Assembly (NCBI GenBank): GCA_017962445.1
Contig: JAGCVI010000021.1
Coordinates: 3,751 to 67,750 of the forward strand
DNA from: Bacteroidales bacterium
GTDB taxonomy: Bacteria; Bacteroidota; Bacteroidia; Bacteroidales; P3
Direction: 5' to 3'
DNA length: 64,000 bases
Made by a program: the position numbers and the translations under genes. Shown piece by piece: positions 54,241 to 63,417 of this stretch. The first letter of the stretch is position 1, and the number at the start of each line of letters is the position of its first letter. A model generated the notes under the pieces. That model saw nothing but the letters and a program-made list of their open reading frames with translations, was not told the DNA's origin and did no database searches.

Positions 54241-56808
54241 ATGAAAAAAACATTAATGGTTCTTGGCTTTGCTCTGTGCGCCTCTTTTGCTTTTGCACAG
54301 ACGGAAAGCTCTGTGATGTCCAACAAGGTCATCAAGCAAACTGTGCGCGTTAACGATAACGCCATGGATGCTCAGAAAGCAGGTTTCAACGGCTCCATCT
54401 TTACCAAGGATGGTGAGATCTTCACCTGCGACTTCGCTGAAAACGCCACCAACTACTCTACTGGTACGGTCGGCGCCAACCAGATGATCGGTGGCGCTGT
54501 GGCTACTCAGCACACCCGCACTACTAACTGGTCACAGTGGCGTCGTATTGCCGACACTATCCTGACCACCTCCATCGCAGAGGATTATCCCTGCATGGCT
54601 TCGCATTTTTCGAACCTTTTCCAGCGTGTTACTTCCCCGACTAACCACAACGGCTTCATGCTCATGTCCATGCTTGAGGACTATGTGACCTGGGGCGGTG
54701 ACGGTACTACCGGTAACTACGATGCCTACATCGCTTTCGCTCCCTTCTCGACCGCAAGCGAGAATATGGTTACTCTCCGCTTCTATCAGTGGTATCGCGC
54801 TTTCAACAACGACCAGTGCTTCATCGACTACAGCACCGATGGTACTACTTGGAACACCATCGAAATCAACAGCGAAATCGGTTCCAACACCAATAGTGGT
54901 ACCTACATGACTCCCAAGAGTGTTATGCTCCCCGCTTCTGCTGGTCATCAGGCCAATGTCTATGTCCGTATCCGTTGGACTGAAAACACCGACAATGGTG
55001 GTTACTATTGGGTGGTCGACGACGCATCGGTTGTACCCGCTCCCCAGTATTCCTGCCATATCGACGATGCCGCTTATTTCGACGGCTTCTATCAGATTAT
55101 GCCTAAAGACATGAACCTCCCCGTTGTTTGGCATGTTGACCTCACCAACGAAGGCCAGAACGCTCAGAACAACGTCACTGGTTCTCTCTATACTTGGATG
55201 GATGGCGACGCTAACGTCACCACTCTCCTCTCCGAGAACGTCGGAACTCTCGACTGCTGCCTTGGCACTAAGAGCATCATCGTCGACCCGCTCGGCTACT
55301 ATGATGGTTCTTTCCCCGCAAGTGAGTCTGGCCACGGCTGGGGTTACATCGAGTTCCCCGACTCTGTCCACGCTATGGGTCCCAATGTCCACCTGCCCAA
55401 CACCCAGGTCGGAGTTGGTCACTTCTATGGTGACTTCACCACCAGCGTTAAAAACCACGCTTATGAAAACGATACCGCTTGGGCTACCTTCGACACCATG
55501 CGTTACCTCGTCAACTGGGATGCTAACTACCATAACGGCCGTGCTACCTGGGGCCGCGACAATGGTGCTCTCCGCAAATTCTCATCTTGGACCTATGGTC
55601 TTGTCGCCCCCAACGTCTTCAGCAACGCTGACAATGGCGAAACCATGTGGAGTGAGGCTGGCTACGGTGTATTCGTAGGCTATGCAGTTGGTGACCAGGT
55701 TCCCGAAGGTTGGAAGATCCTCGGTATGGAAATCGTTCCCTCCACTCGCGAAGGCCGCCGTTCCGCCGGTGCTAAACTGATCCCCTACCTCTTCCAGGAT
55801 TCTATGCTTGCTCATCCCGACTCGACTGGCTATCGTATGCGTCTTACCCTCGACCATGGTGCCGGTACCTACACCGTTCAGCAGAGCGACATCCTCAGTG
55901 GCGATGACTACACCGACCTCACCTATCTCGAGCGTGGTGACTATCCCACCATCTTCATCCCCTTCCCCAACCAGCCCTCTATCCATGCTAAGAAAGTTTA
56001 CCGTGTTGGTTTCCGTCTGGCTGAGGAGAACACCTTCGCAGTCGCTACCCAGGGTAACTACTACTACAGCCTTGATGACTCTAGCGCTGTTTACTTCTGG
56101 AACGAGCCCGGTATGCAGTCCTATGGTCACTGCGCTACCGTCCGCACCAATCCCTACACTGTCCAGACTCTCGACCCCTATGACAATGGTTTCCACACCT
56201 TCGTCGTTGACGAATTTCCTATGATTCGTATGGTTGTTGGTCCTGGCTTCTATGTCCAGAAACATACCCTCAGCTTCGAGTGCGGTCCCAACGGTTCATT
56301 CCAGGATGGCGACTACAACGACCTCTGCGGTACTTCCGACACCACCATCGCCGATGGTGCAGTTGCTAGCTACTATATCATGCCCGCCGAGGGTTATGAC
56401 ATCGACGTGGTTTACCTCGATGGTGTTGCCCTCACTGCTGGTACCGACTACGAAGTCTATGAAGATGCTGATGGCGCTCAGTATGGTATCATCTCCCTCG
56501 AGAACGTTACCGCTGACCACACCCTCCGTTGCACCTTCAAGGTCCATGTCGGATTCGATCCTATCGCCGGTGTTTCTATGAAGCTCCAGCCGAACCCCGC
56601 CACCTCCAACGTCAACATCACCCTCAAGGGTGTTACCGGTTCTGTTGACATGGCTCTCATCGACATGAGCGGTCGCGTCATCACCACCTCTACCTTCAAC
56701 GCTGAGAATGGCACCAACATCAACGTCTCCAACCTCGCTAAGGGCGCTTATTTCGTCCGCATCGTCAACGACAAGTTCAGCAAGGTTGAGAAGCTGATCG
56801 TTCGCTAA
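54241..56808 (+). CDS. large secreted protein with T9SS C-terminal sorting domain
   Basis: Has a signal peptide. C-terminus reads LQPNPATSNVNITL...GAYFVRIVNDKFSKVEKLIVR, typical of a Por/T9SS CTD. Confidence 0.75.
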   Translation: MKKTLMVLGFALCASFAFAQTESSVMSNKVIKQTVRVNDNAMDAQKAGFNGSIFTKDGEIFTCDFAENATNYSTGTVGANQMIGGAVATQHTRTTNWSQWRRIADTILTTSIAEDYPCMASHFSNLFQRVTSPTNHNGFMLMSMLEDYVTWGGDGTTGNYDAYIAFAPFSTASENMVTLRFYQWYRAFNNDQCFIDYSTDGTTWNTIEINSEIGSNTNSGTYMTPKSVMLPASAGHQANVYVRIRWTENTDNGGYYWVVDDASVVPAPQYSCHIDDAAYFDGFYQIMPKDMNLPVVWHVDLTNEGQNAQNNVTGSLYTWMDGDANVTTLLSENVGTLDCCLGTKSIIVDPLGYYDGSFPASESGHGWGYIEFPDSVHAMGPNVHLPNTQVGVGHFYGDFTTSVKNHAYENDTAWATFDTMRYLVNWDANYHNGRATWGRDNGALRKFSSWTYGLVAPNVFSNADNGETMWSEAGYGVFVGYAVGDQVPEGWKILGMEIVPSTREGRRSAGAKLIPYLFQDSMLAHPDSTGYRMRLTLDHGAGTYTVQQSDILSGDDYTDLTYLERGDYPTIFIPFPNQPSIHAKKVYRVGFRLAEENTFAVATQGNYYYSLDDSSAVYFWNEPGMQSYGHCATVRTNPYTVQTLDPYDNGFHTFVVDEFPMIRMVVGPGFYVQKHTLSFECGPNGSFQDGDYNDLCGTSDTTIADGAVASYYIMPAEGYDIDVVYLDGVALTAGTDYEVYEDADGAQYGIISLENVTADHTLRCTFKVHVGFDPIAGVSMKLQPNPATSNVNITLKGVTGSVDMALIDMSGRVITTSTFNAENGTNINVSNLAKGAYFVRIVNDKFSKVEKLIVR

Positions 56809-56827
56809 GCATTTTAGCAACTCTCAA

Positions 56828-56859
56828 TAAAAAAGGCATCCAAACGGATGCCTTTTTTT
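56828..56859. terminator. bidirectional hairpin terminator
   Basis: A-run, ggcatcc-aaac-ggatgcc, T-run. Lies between two convergent genes. Confidence 0.8.
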
Positions 56860-56865
56860 ATTTCC

Positions 56866-56910
56866 GAGAACTCCGAGTTCTCTGTGCTTTCTGAATTCTC
56901 TTAGTTCTCC
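56866..56910. repeat. degenerate 9-bp tandem array (nnnTTCTCY units)
   Basis: Reads gagaactcc gagttctct gtgctttct gaattctct tagttctcc. Lies directly 3' of yicC and next to the terminator. Confidence 0.65.
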
Positions 56911-56914
56911 AAGC

Positions 56915-57781
56915 TTACAAAATATTTCCCAGCTGCTCTTTTATTTTCTCCAGCTCGTCCTTCATGGCCACAACTCTCTTCTGTATCTCCACATGGTTGG
57001 CTTTCGAGCCGGTAGTGTTTATCTCGCGTCCCATCTCCTGGGCAATGAAGCCGAGCTTCTTGCCGCTGCCTTCTTCGTTCTCCATTACCTCGCGGAAATA
57101 GTTGATGTGCTTTGCAAGGCGCACCTTCTCCTCGGTGATGTCAAGCTTCTCGAGATAATATATCAACTCCTGCTCAAAACGGTTCTGGTCAACCTCCACG
57201 CCGGCCTCGTTCAGGAATGCGCGTATTCTCTCCTTGGCAATCTCTATTCTCTGCGACTCAAATTGCGGTATCTCGCCCAGATATTTTTCGATAAGATCTA
57301 TGTGTTTTCCAAAGTCGGCCTTCAGTATCTCTCCCTCGTGCTGGCGTGTTGCATCGACCTCGTCGATGGCTTCGCCGATGATCGCCGACAACTGCTGCCA
57401 TGCCTCGTCGGCAAGCTCGTTGTCGGTGTTGCTGCTCCACACATCGTCGCGTGCTATGATGCTTGTCAGCAGTGACGTCGGGTCTATCTTCTCACCAAGC
57501 GATGCTGACAGCTCCTTCAGCTCGTTGAAACGGTTCGTCAGTAATTCTCTGTTCAGCTGCTGGGCGGTGTCGTTGCTCAGCTCCTCGTTGAGCATAAAGT
57601 CGATCTTGCCTCTCTCAAGGCGGTTCAACATGGCACGGATGTCCAACTCATGCGATCGGTAGTTGGCCGGCATCTTCACGTTGGCATCCATCTGCTTGCT
57701 GTTGAGTGTCTTTATCTCTATGGTAATCTTCTTGCCGTCTAAGCAGCATTGCTTCTTGGCAAAGCCTGTCATTGATTTCAT
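56915..57781 (-). CDS. yicC: YicC/YloC family protein
   Basis: N-terminal MKSMTGF. C-terminal GRKLGFIAQEMGREINTTGSKA pattern. Confidence 0.85.
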   Translation of the reverse strand: MKSMTGFAKKQCCLDGKKITIEIKTLNSKQMDANVKMPANYRSHELDIRAMLNRLERGKIDFMLNEELSNDTAQQLNRELLTNRFNELKELSASLGEKIDPTSLLTSIIARDDVWSSNTDNELADEAWQQLSAIIGEAIDEVDATRQHEGEILKADFGKHIDLIEKYLGEIPQFESQRIEIAKERIRAFLNEAGVEVDQNRFEQELIYYLEKLDITEEKVRLAKHINYFREVMENEEGSGKKLGFIAQEMGREINTTGSKANHVEIQKRVVAMKDELEKIKEQLGNIL

Positions 57782-57813
57782 ATCTTGGTCTTTTAATTAT
57801 TTCGTGAGTTATA

Positions 57814-58854
57814 TTAATCATTATTCATGAATCTTGCGAACCCTTGCGTGGCGTAAGTCTTGTATTCCCCATTTTCGGTATAGATGAAGAATACAGCTTG
57901 CGTCCCGGTGTCGTCCGGGTGCCGCTTGATGAAGTCGAGCGATTTCTCCAGGCCCATCACCATGAATGCTGTTGCCAGCGCGTCGGCACGCCATGAGGCG
58001 GTGTCTATTACCGATACGCTCAGCAGTGTGTGCTCCACGGGGCGACCTGTTTTCGGGTCGATGGTGTGCGAATAGCGTTCACCGTCTTTCTCGTAGTATT
58101 TGCGGTAACTGCCGGAGGTAACAACCGACATGCCACTCAACTCAATGCTTGTCTCTATCTCGCGGCTGCTGTATTTGTTTTCCGCTGGCCGCTCAATGCC
58201 GACAACCCATTTCTTGCCGTCTGGCTTGGTGCCTTTGGCGTAAATCTCGCCGCCTATGTCTACAAGATAGTTGGTGATACCTTTCGATTCCAGCAGCTGG
58301 CATATCTTGTCGGTTGTGTAGCCCTGTGCTATGGCGTTGAAGTCGAACGAGGTCTCGGCAAAAGGTTTGCGAACTATAAGTCGTCCTTGTTTGTCACGCA
58401 CAATCTGCGGCTGGCGGCCTGTATACTGCAGCAGGCTGTCGATGGTTGCGTCGCTCACCTCTTCACGTTTCTCAAAGCCGAATCCCCATGCGTTTACCAG
58501 CTTGCCGACGGTGCAGTCGAAATTGCCTTCGGTGAAGCTGTTCATTTCGGTCGAGAGTCTCAGCAGCTCGGCAAAAGTCTCGTTGACTACGCTGTCCTTG
58601 TTTTCGTTCACATGGCGCAGCATGGAGTTCTCAACCCACAGTGACGCTGTCTTGTCAAACTCGTCAAGGAATGCTTTTATCTCGTCTTGCAGGTTGCGTT
58701 GCTGCTCGTCATAATATATAATAGAATAATAGGTGCCCTGAGCCTCGCCGGAAATCCTGATCGGCTCGCCGGTGCCTTTCTTCCCCATGCCATTGCACGC
58801 AGTAAGCAATCCCACCGCCACCAATAATATAATATGTATGCTTATTCTTCTCAT
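57814..58854 (-). CDS. apbE: FAD:protein FMN transferase
   Basis: Lipoprotein signal (LLTACNG), with AQGYTTD, DIGGEI and HTIDPKTG motifs. Confidence 0.85.
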   Translation of the reverse strand: MRRISIHIILLVAVGLLTACNGMGKKGTGEPIRISGEAQGTYYSIIYYDEQQRNLQDEIKAFLDEFDKTASLWVENSMLRHVNENKDSVVNETFAELLRLSTEMNSFTEGNFDCTVGKLVNAWGFGFEKREEVSDATIDSLLQYTGRQPQIVRDKQGRLIVRKPFAETSFDFNAIAQGYTTDKICQLLESKGITNYLVDIGGEIYAKGTKPDGKKWVVGIERPAENKYSSREIETSIELSGMSVVTSGSYRKYYEKDGERYSHTIDPKTGRPVEHTLLSVSVIDTASWRADALATAFMVMGLEKSLDFIKRHPDDTGTQAVFFIYTENGEYKTYATQGFARFMNND

Positions 58855-58936
58855 TATTTCATTTCACAGAAACTCTCCTTATGCAAGAAAAGCGTCCGAG
58901 TACGGACGCTTTTCTTATATTTAATATGAAGAAGCA

Positions 58937-60247
58937 TTATTTCGAGAGAATGACGGTTCTTGTAGCTACGGTGCCGTTCTCAAGTTCGACGCGCACTACA
59001 TATGAACCGTTTCCGAGAACGCTCAGGTCGATGCTGGTAGAATTATTGGCATTGATTACCTGCTGACCCATGAGGTTGAAGATGCTGACGTTCTTCACCT
59101 GGCCTTCAGCGTTGATGTTGATTACCGAGCTTGTCGGGTTGGGATAGATGCTCAGCATGTCGTTGTCGACATCGCCAATGGCTGCGTTGGCCATCACGGT
59201 GACATAGGAAGTATGGCTGCATCCGGTATTGTTGTTAGTGCCGGTCAGCCACACGTCGACATTGCCGGTCACATTGGTCAGTGTGATGCTCTCTGCGGTG
59301 CTGTTGTTGTACCACAGGTAGGCAACGTTTTGGTCGCTGTTGGCATAGAGCACTGCATCGCTGCCTGGAGTCACGCGCAGGTCACCGGTAATGGTAATCT
59401 CGGGGCTCTTGTTGATGGTGAGACGCAGGATGTAGTTGCTGTCGCATCCGTTGGTAGCCTTGGGGGCCTTTATGGTGTCGACCACTGAGTGGGTGAAGAC
59501 ATGGAGCGAGTCGCCAATCATTACGGAGTAGTTGTCGCAGGCGCTCTCAACATGGTTTTCGTATACGGGCATTTTCACAGTCACGTGGTAGTAGAGGGTG
59601 CTGTCGTAGCATTTCTCAACAGTGCGGAAAGAATATCTTCTGAAAACAGTGGTGTCGGCTCTGAACGGTTTGTTGAAACCTGGGACACTGACGCGCTCAC
59701 AGCCGCTAATGTCAAAGTTGGTGTCAATCTGTGCGGGGGTGATGATGGTCAGGTTAAGGGTCAGAATAGAGTCGCAGTTACCAACAGTCGAGGTGTCGTG
59801 ATATGTACCTGAGGTTTCATAGGTGTTGCCTTTCCATGTGTAGCTGGCGCATTTAGTCACCGTATAAGAACGGATGGCCGTGGTATCGAGAACCAGGTTG
59901 AAACGCACGATGCTGTCGCAGCCTTCAACGCTCTGGAAGGTGTGTACCTTGTTGCCGGGGGTGTTGTATACGCTGTCACCCAGTGAGTATGTGCAGCCTC
60001 CTTGTACGGGAGTCGTAAGTGTCTCGTCGGTTGTATGTCCGATGACCAGATCAAGGATGTAAAGGGTGTCGCCTGAAACCTGAGTACGTACGCCAGATGT
60101 GGTGTAGGTGTCACCCGTAATGCTCCAAGTGTAGCTGTCGCATGCAACAACGGTGGTGTCGATATGCACACTTGAATTGAATTGAGCTCTCGTTGCAAAT
60201 GGCATCATCAGCGCTGCCATCATAAGAAAGAATACTCCTTTTTTCAT
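58937..60247 (-). CDS. secreted Cys-repeat protein with T9SS C-terminal sorting domain
   Basis: Has a signal peptide and about 4 modules of type CxSYTW..G.TY.TSG...GCDS...L.L.I. C-terminus reads LSIYPNPTSSVININ...GSYVVRVE...RTVILSK. Confidence 0.7.
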   Translation of the reverse strand: MKKGVFFLMMAALMMPFATRAQFNSSVHIDTTVVACDSYTWSITGDTYTTSGVRTQVSGDTLYILDLVIGHTTDETLTTPVQGGCTYSLGDSVYNTPGNKVHTFQSVEGCDSIVRFNLVLDTTAIRSYTVTKCASYTWKGNTYETSGTYHDTSTVGNCDSILTLNLTIITPAQIDTNFDISGCERVSVPGFNKPFRADTTVFRRYSFRTVEKCYDSTLYYHVTVKMPVYENHVESACDNYSVMIGDSLHVFTHSVVDTIKAPKATNGCDSNYILRLTINKSPEITITGDLRVTPGSDAVLYANSDQNVAYLWYNNSTAESITLTNVTGNVDVWLTGTNNNTGCSHTSYVTVMANAAIGDVDNDMLSIYPNPTSSVININAEGQVKNVSIFNLMGQQVINANNSTSIDLSVLGNGSYVVRVELENGTVATRTVILSK

Positions 60248-60396
60248 CTTGTAGATAGAATTAATATTGTTATACTACTTTATTATTTATTTCTTATTTA
60301 ATTATATTTCAAACCAATAGATGATAATTTGCACTACTTGCCGACAAATTATCAACATGCAAAGATAGTATTTTTTTCAATTCTGACCTAATTTTT

Positions 60397-61827
60397 TTAA
60401 TTTTTGTTTTTTAATATTAGCTCAGCTATGTTCTCCACATGCTGTGTGTGGGGGAACATGTCGACGGGCTGTATTCGTCCGATGTCGTATTTTGCCTCAA
60501 GCATGGCAAGGTCGCGTGCCTGTGTCGCAGGGTTGCAACTGACATAGACTATCCTCTTGGCTTCGATGGCAAGCAACTGGTGAACAACTTTTTCATGCAT
60601 GCCTGCTCGGGGAGGGTCGGTTATCACCACGTCGGGTCTGCCGTTGGCTTGTACAAAGTCGTCGGTCAGCACCTTGGCCATGTCGCCTGCATAGAATGTG
60701 CAGTTGTCAAAGCCGTTCATCGCTGCATTCTCGCGGGCGTCGGCGATGGCCTCTTCAACATATTCGATGCCGACTACTTTCTTACAGTTGGATGCCACGA
60801 ATTGCGCTATAGTGCCGGTACCGGTGTATAGGTCGTAAACCGTTTCGTCTCCTTTCAACTGCGCCAGGTCGGCCACATGGCTGTATAGGCGGAAGGCCTG
60901 CTCGGAGTTGGTCTGGTAGAATGACTTGGGATTGATGCGGAACCGTAGTGGCTCGCCTCCACCGTAGCGTGGCATCTGCTCGGTGATGTAGCCTTGCCCG
61001 CTGTAGGTCACGGCCTCAAGGTCGGTGTAGGAATCGTTCATCTTGCTGTTGATGATGTACAGCAATGAGGTGATTTCAGGGAAGTTGCCTTTGATGTGCT
61101 CCATCAAGGGAACGAGCCACTCTGGCTTGTCTTCGGCAACGATGACGACAAGCATCCATTCTCCTGTCGTCGTGCAGCGAATAACTATGTTGCGGAGATA
61201 GCCTGTGTGGTTGCGTATGTCGTAGAACGGCAGATTGTTACGCAATGCATAGTCGCGAATGGATGTCCTGATGCGGTTAGACGGCTCACGCTGCAGTGCG
61301 CAATGCTCGATGGGCAGCACCTTGTCAAAGACTGTCGGTACATGAAATCCCACGGCTCCAGGATCGTTCTCGTCACGCACTTCGCCTTCGTTCAGCCAGC
61401 GTTTGCTCGAAAATGTGAATTCAAGCTTGTTGCGGTAGTAGAAAATGTTCTCCGACCCACAGATGGGCTGCATGCCGGCGGTGTTGATATGGCCCAGCCG
61501 TTCAAGGTTGTCGCGTACTTGGCGTTCCTTGCATTTCAGCTGCTCGTCGTAACGCATTGTCTGCCACTTGCAGCCGCCGCAAATGCCGAAATGAGGACAG
61601 GCCTGCTCGACACGCAGTGGCGACGGGCGTTTCAACGCGATGGCGCGCCCCTCGGCATAGTTCTTTTTCTTCTTGAAAATCTTCAGGTCTATAACATCCC
61701 CGGGCACTACAAACGGTACAAATACAACCATGCCGTCGATACGCGCCACGGCCATGCCCTCGGCACCGGCATCGGCTATTTCAACATCCTGAATGATAAT
61801 TTCTTGTTTAGCTTTCCGCATCTTCAT
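60397..61827 (-). CDS. rlmD: 23S rRNA (uracil-C5)-methyltransferase RlmD/RumA family
   Basis: TRAM-like N-terminus, CPHFGICGGCKWQ iron-sulfur motif, DLYTGTGTI SAM loop, DPPRAG, and YVSCNP catalytic Cys. Confidence 0.85.
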   Translation of the reverse strand: MKMRKAKQEIIIQDVEIADAGAEGMAVARIDGMVVFVPFVVPGDVIDLKIFKKKKNYAEGRAIALKRPSPLRVEQACPHFGICGGCKWQTMRYDEQLKCKERQVRDNLERLGHINTAGMQPICGSENIFYYRNKLEFTFSSKRWLNEGEVRDENDPGAVGFHVPTVFDKVLPIEHCALQREPSNRIRTSIRDYALRNNLPFYDIRNHTGYLRNIVIRCTTTGEWMLVVIVAEDKPEWLVPLMEHIKGNFPEITSLLYIINSKMNDSYTDLEAVTYSGQGYITEQMPRYGGGEPLRFRINPKSFYQTNSEQAFRLYSHVADLAQLKGDETVYDLYTGTGTIAQFVASNCKKVVGIEYVEEAIADARENAAMNGFDNCTFYAGDMAKVLTDDFVQANGRPDVVITDPPRAGMHEKVVHQLLAIEAKRIVYVSCNPATQARDLAMLEAKYDIGRIQPVDMFPHTQHVENIAELILKNKN

Positions 61828-61898
61828 CTTTGATTAAAAAGGCAATTGTTTTTGGGTATATTCCGTCGACCTCTCCATGACTGTACCGCATCTTCTTG

Positions 61899-61933
61899 TA
61901 AAAAAAAAGAAGTATTGCACTTCAATACTTCTT
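61899..61933 (-). terminator. rho-independent terminator of rpmH
   Basis: On the minus strand, an 11-bp stem aagaagtattg / caatacttctt with a 5-nt loop is followed by an 8-nt T-run. Confidence 0.8.
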
Positions 61934-61980
61934 ATCTCATTCCGGCAAAAGGTGCTCCATACGGGGAGGACCGCCTTTGC

Positions 61981-62127
61981 TTAGCGTTCGTCTGATACGG
62001 TCAGTTTCTTTCTGCCTTTTCTACGGCGTGCAGACAGAACTTTTCTGCCATTTGCCGTCGACATTCTCTGACGAAAACCATGCTTATTTGCTCTTTTTCT
62101 GCGTGATGGTTGAAATGTTCTCTTCAT
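61981..62127 (-). CDS. rpmH: 50S ribosomal protein L34 (too short for the supplied ORF track)
   Basis: Own translation of the minus strand gives [48 protein letters not shown] (48 aa + stop), the canonical L34 sequence pattern. Confidence 0.9.
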   Translation of the reverse strand: MKRTFQPSRRKRANKHGFRQRMSTANGRKVLSARRRKGRKKLTVSDER

Positions 62128-62320
62128 TTTTTCTCGATTTTGGAAGTGCAAAATTACACAAAAAAAACAATATAGAAACCAAAAAATGTTTAAAACTTTT
62201 ATTTTTTATTGTAATCACTTGAAATATAATGATATAAAAATTAACATTGTTGATTGTCTTCCCATTTGAAAAAAAACTTGTACATTTGCATTTTGAATTT
62301 TTGTGCACCAAAATTACAAA

Positions 62321-62992
62321 ATGATGGAAAAATCAGCGTTTAATGTCAAGTTGTCCAACATGACCCGTTACTCAATGCTGGACAAGTCGGAAATTCAGCA
62401 GGAAAAGAACCGCTACCCCTACTGCGCTCTGCTGCAGGTCATGGATCTGCTCAGCGACAAGGCTACCGGCACTTCCCAGTGGGAAACCCGTTTCCTGCCC
62501 CGTACGTTGCTCTATCTGTTCGACAACAAGAGATTCTTTGAATATCTTTCTCAGGTGGGACTTGCTGAAATCCAGACTCCTGCTGATTTGAAGGCTAAGC
62601 AGGAGGTCGAGCAGGCCAAGAGCCTGGAATACTCCGCAAACGAACCCGAGGCTTTCGACATCATGAAAGAGATAAACGCCTATCAGGAGGTGTCGTTCAA
62701 GACCGCTCCGAAGAGTGTGATTTTGTCCAAATTTCTTGAATCCGGCAATTACAAACCGGAGGATTTAGGCAACACCAACGACATCCCAATTGAGGTTTTG
62801 GGTAAAAACAGTATTCGTGAAAATGATTCGTTAGATACTGAAACTCTTGCTATTGTGCTTGAAAAACAGGGTAAATTCGAAAAGGCTATCGACGTTTATG
62901 AAAAATTAATATCCAAATATCCCGAAAAAAGTAGTACTTTTGCAATTCGAATTTCGGAATTAAAACTTAAAATAGAAAATAATAAAAAGTAA
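62321..62992 (+). CDS. hypothetical protein with TPR-like C-terminal helix pair
   Basis: Start moved to the ATG at 62321 (MMEKS), downstream of a TACATTTG box at 62281-62288. C-terminus reads LEKQGKFEKAIDVYEKLISKYPEK. Confidence 0.55.
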   Translation: MMEKSAFNVKLSNMTRYSMLDKSEIQQEKNRYPYCALLQVMDLLSDKATGTSQWETRFLPRTLLYLFDNKRFFEYLSQVGLAEIQTPADLKAKQEVEQAKSLEYSANEPEAFDIMKEINAYQEVSFKTAPKSVILSKFLESGNYKPEDLGNTNDIPIEVLGKNSIRENDSLDTETLAIVLEKQGKFEKAIDVYEKLISKYPEKSSTFAIRISELKLKIENNKK

Positions 62993-62998
62993 CAAGAG

Positions 62999-63355
62999 AT
63001 GTACACTTTTATCGTAACACTTATTCTGATTGTCAGCGTGCTTTTGGCCATTATCGTGCTTGTGCAGAATTCGAAGGGTGGTGGCCTTGCCGCTAATTTC
63101 TCGGCTCCGAACCAAATTATGGGTGTGCGCCGTACCACTGATTTTCTTGAAAAGGCAACTTGGACTCTCGCCGCTGCACTTGTGGTGCTCAGTCTCATAG
63201 CCACCATAAGCATCAAATCGCTTAAGAGCAACGAGGGCGCAGGTCAGGCCGGCGGTCTCAATACCGAAATCAACGGTCAGCCTACACAGCAGCAGGCCGC
63301 CAATACCACCACTGCTGGAACTCAGGCTCCTGCCGAAGGCGGTGCACAGCAATAA
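62999..63355 (+). CDS. secG: preprotein translocase subunit SecG
   Basis: Has LILIVSVLLAIIVLVQNSKGGGLA, a second TM helix and a Q/A/T-rich tail. Confidence 0.85.
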   Translation: MYTFIVTLILIVSVLLAIIVLVQNSKGGGLAANFSAPNQIMGVRRTTDFLEKATWTLAAALVVLSLIATISIKSLKSNEGAGQAGGLNTEINGQPTQQQAANTTTAGTQAPAEGGAQQ

Positions 63356-63380
63356 TTGATGATTTACAATCTGAAATAAT

Positions 63381-63411
63381 GAGATTTGCCAGACGGCAAA
63401 TCTCTTTTTTT
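63381..63411 (+). terminator. rho-independent terminator after secG
   Basis: gagatttgcc-agac-ggcaaatctc followed by TTTTTTT. Confidence 0.85.
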
Positions 63412-63417
63412 GTCATA

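Noticed and set aside
54532-55533. 333-aa minus-strand ORF (also 55582-56265 -, 56296-56820 -)
   Set aside because: It is antisense to the 855-aa T9SS cargo gene and is Val/Gly/Asp-rich shadow sequence.
61977-62222. 81-aa plus-strand ORF
   Set aside because: It overlaps rpmH, the canonical L34 sequence, on the opposite strand.
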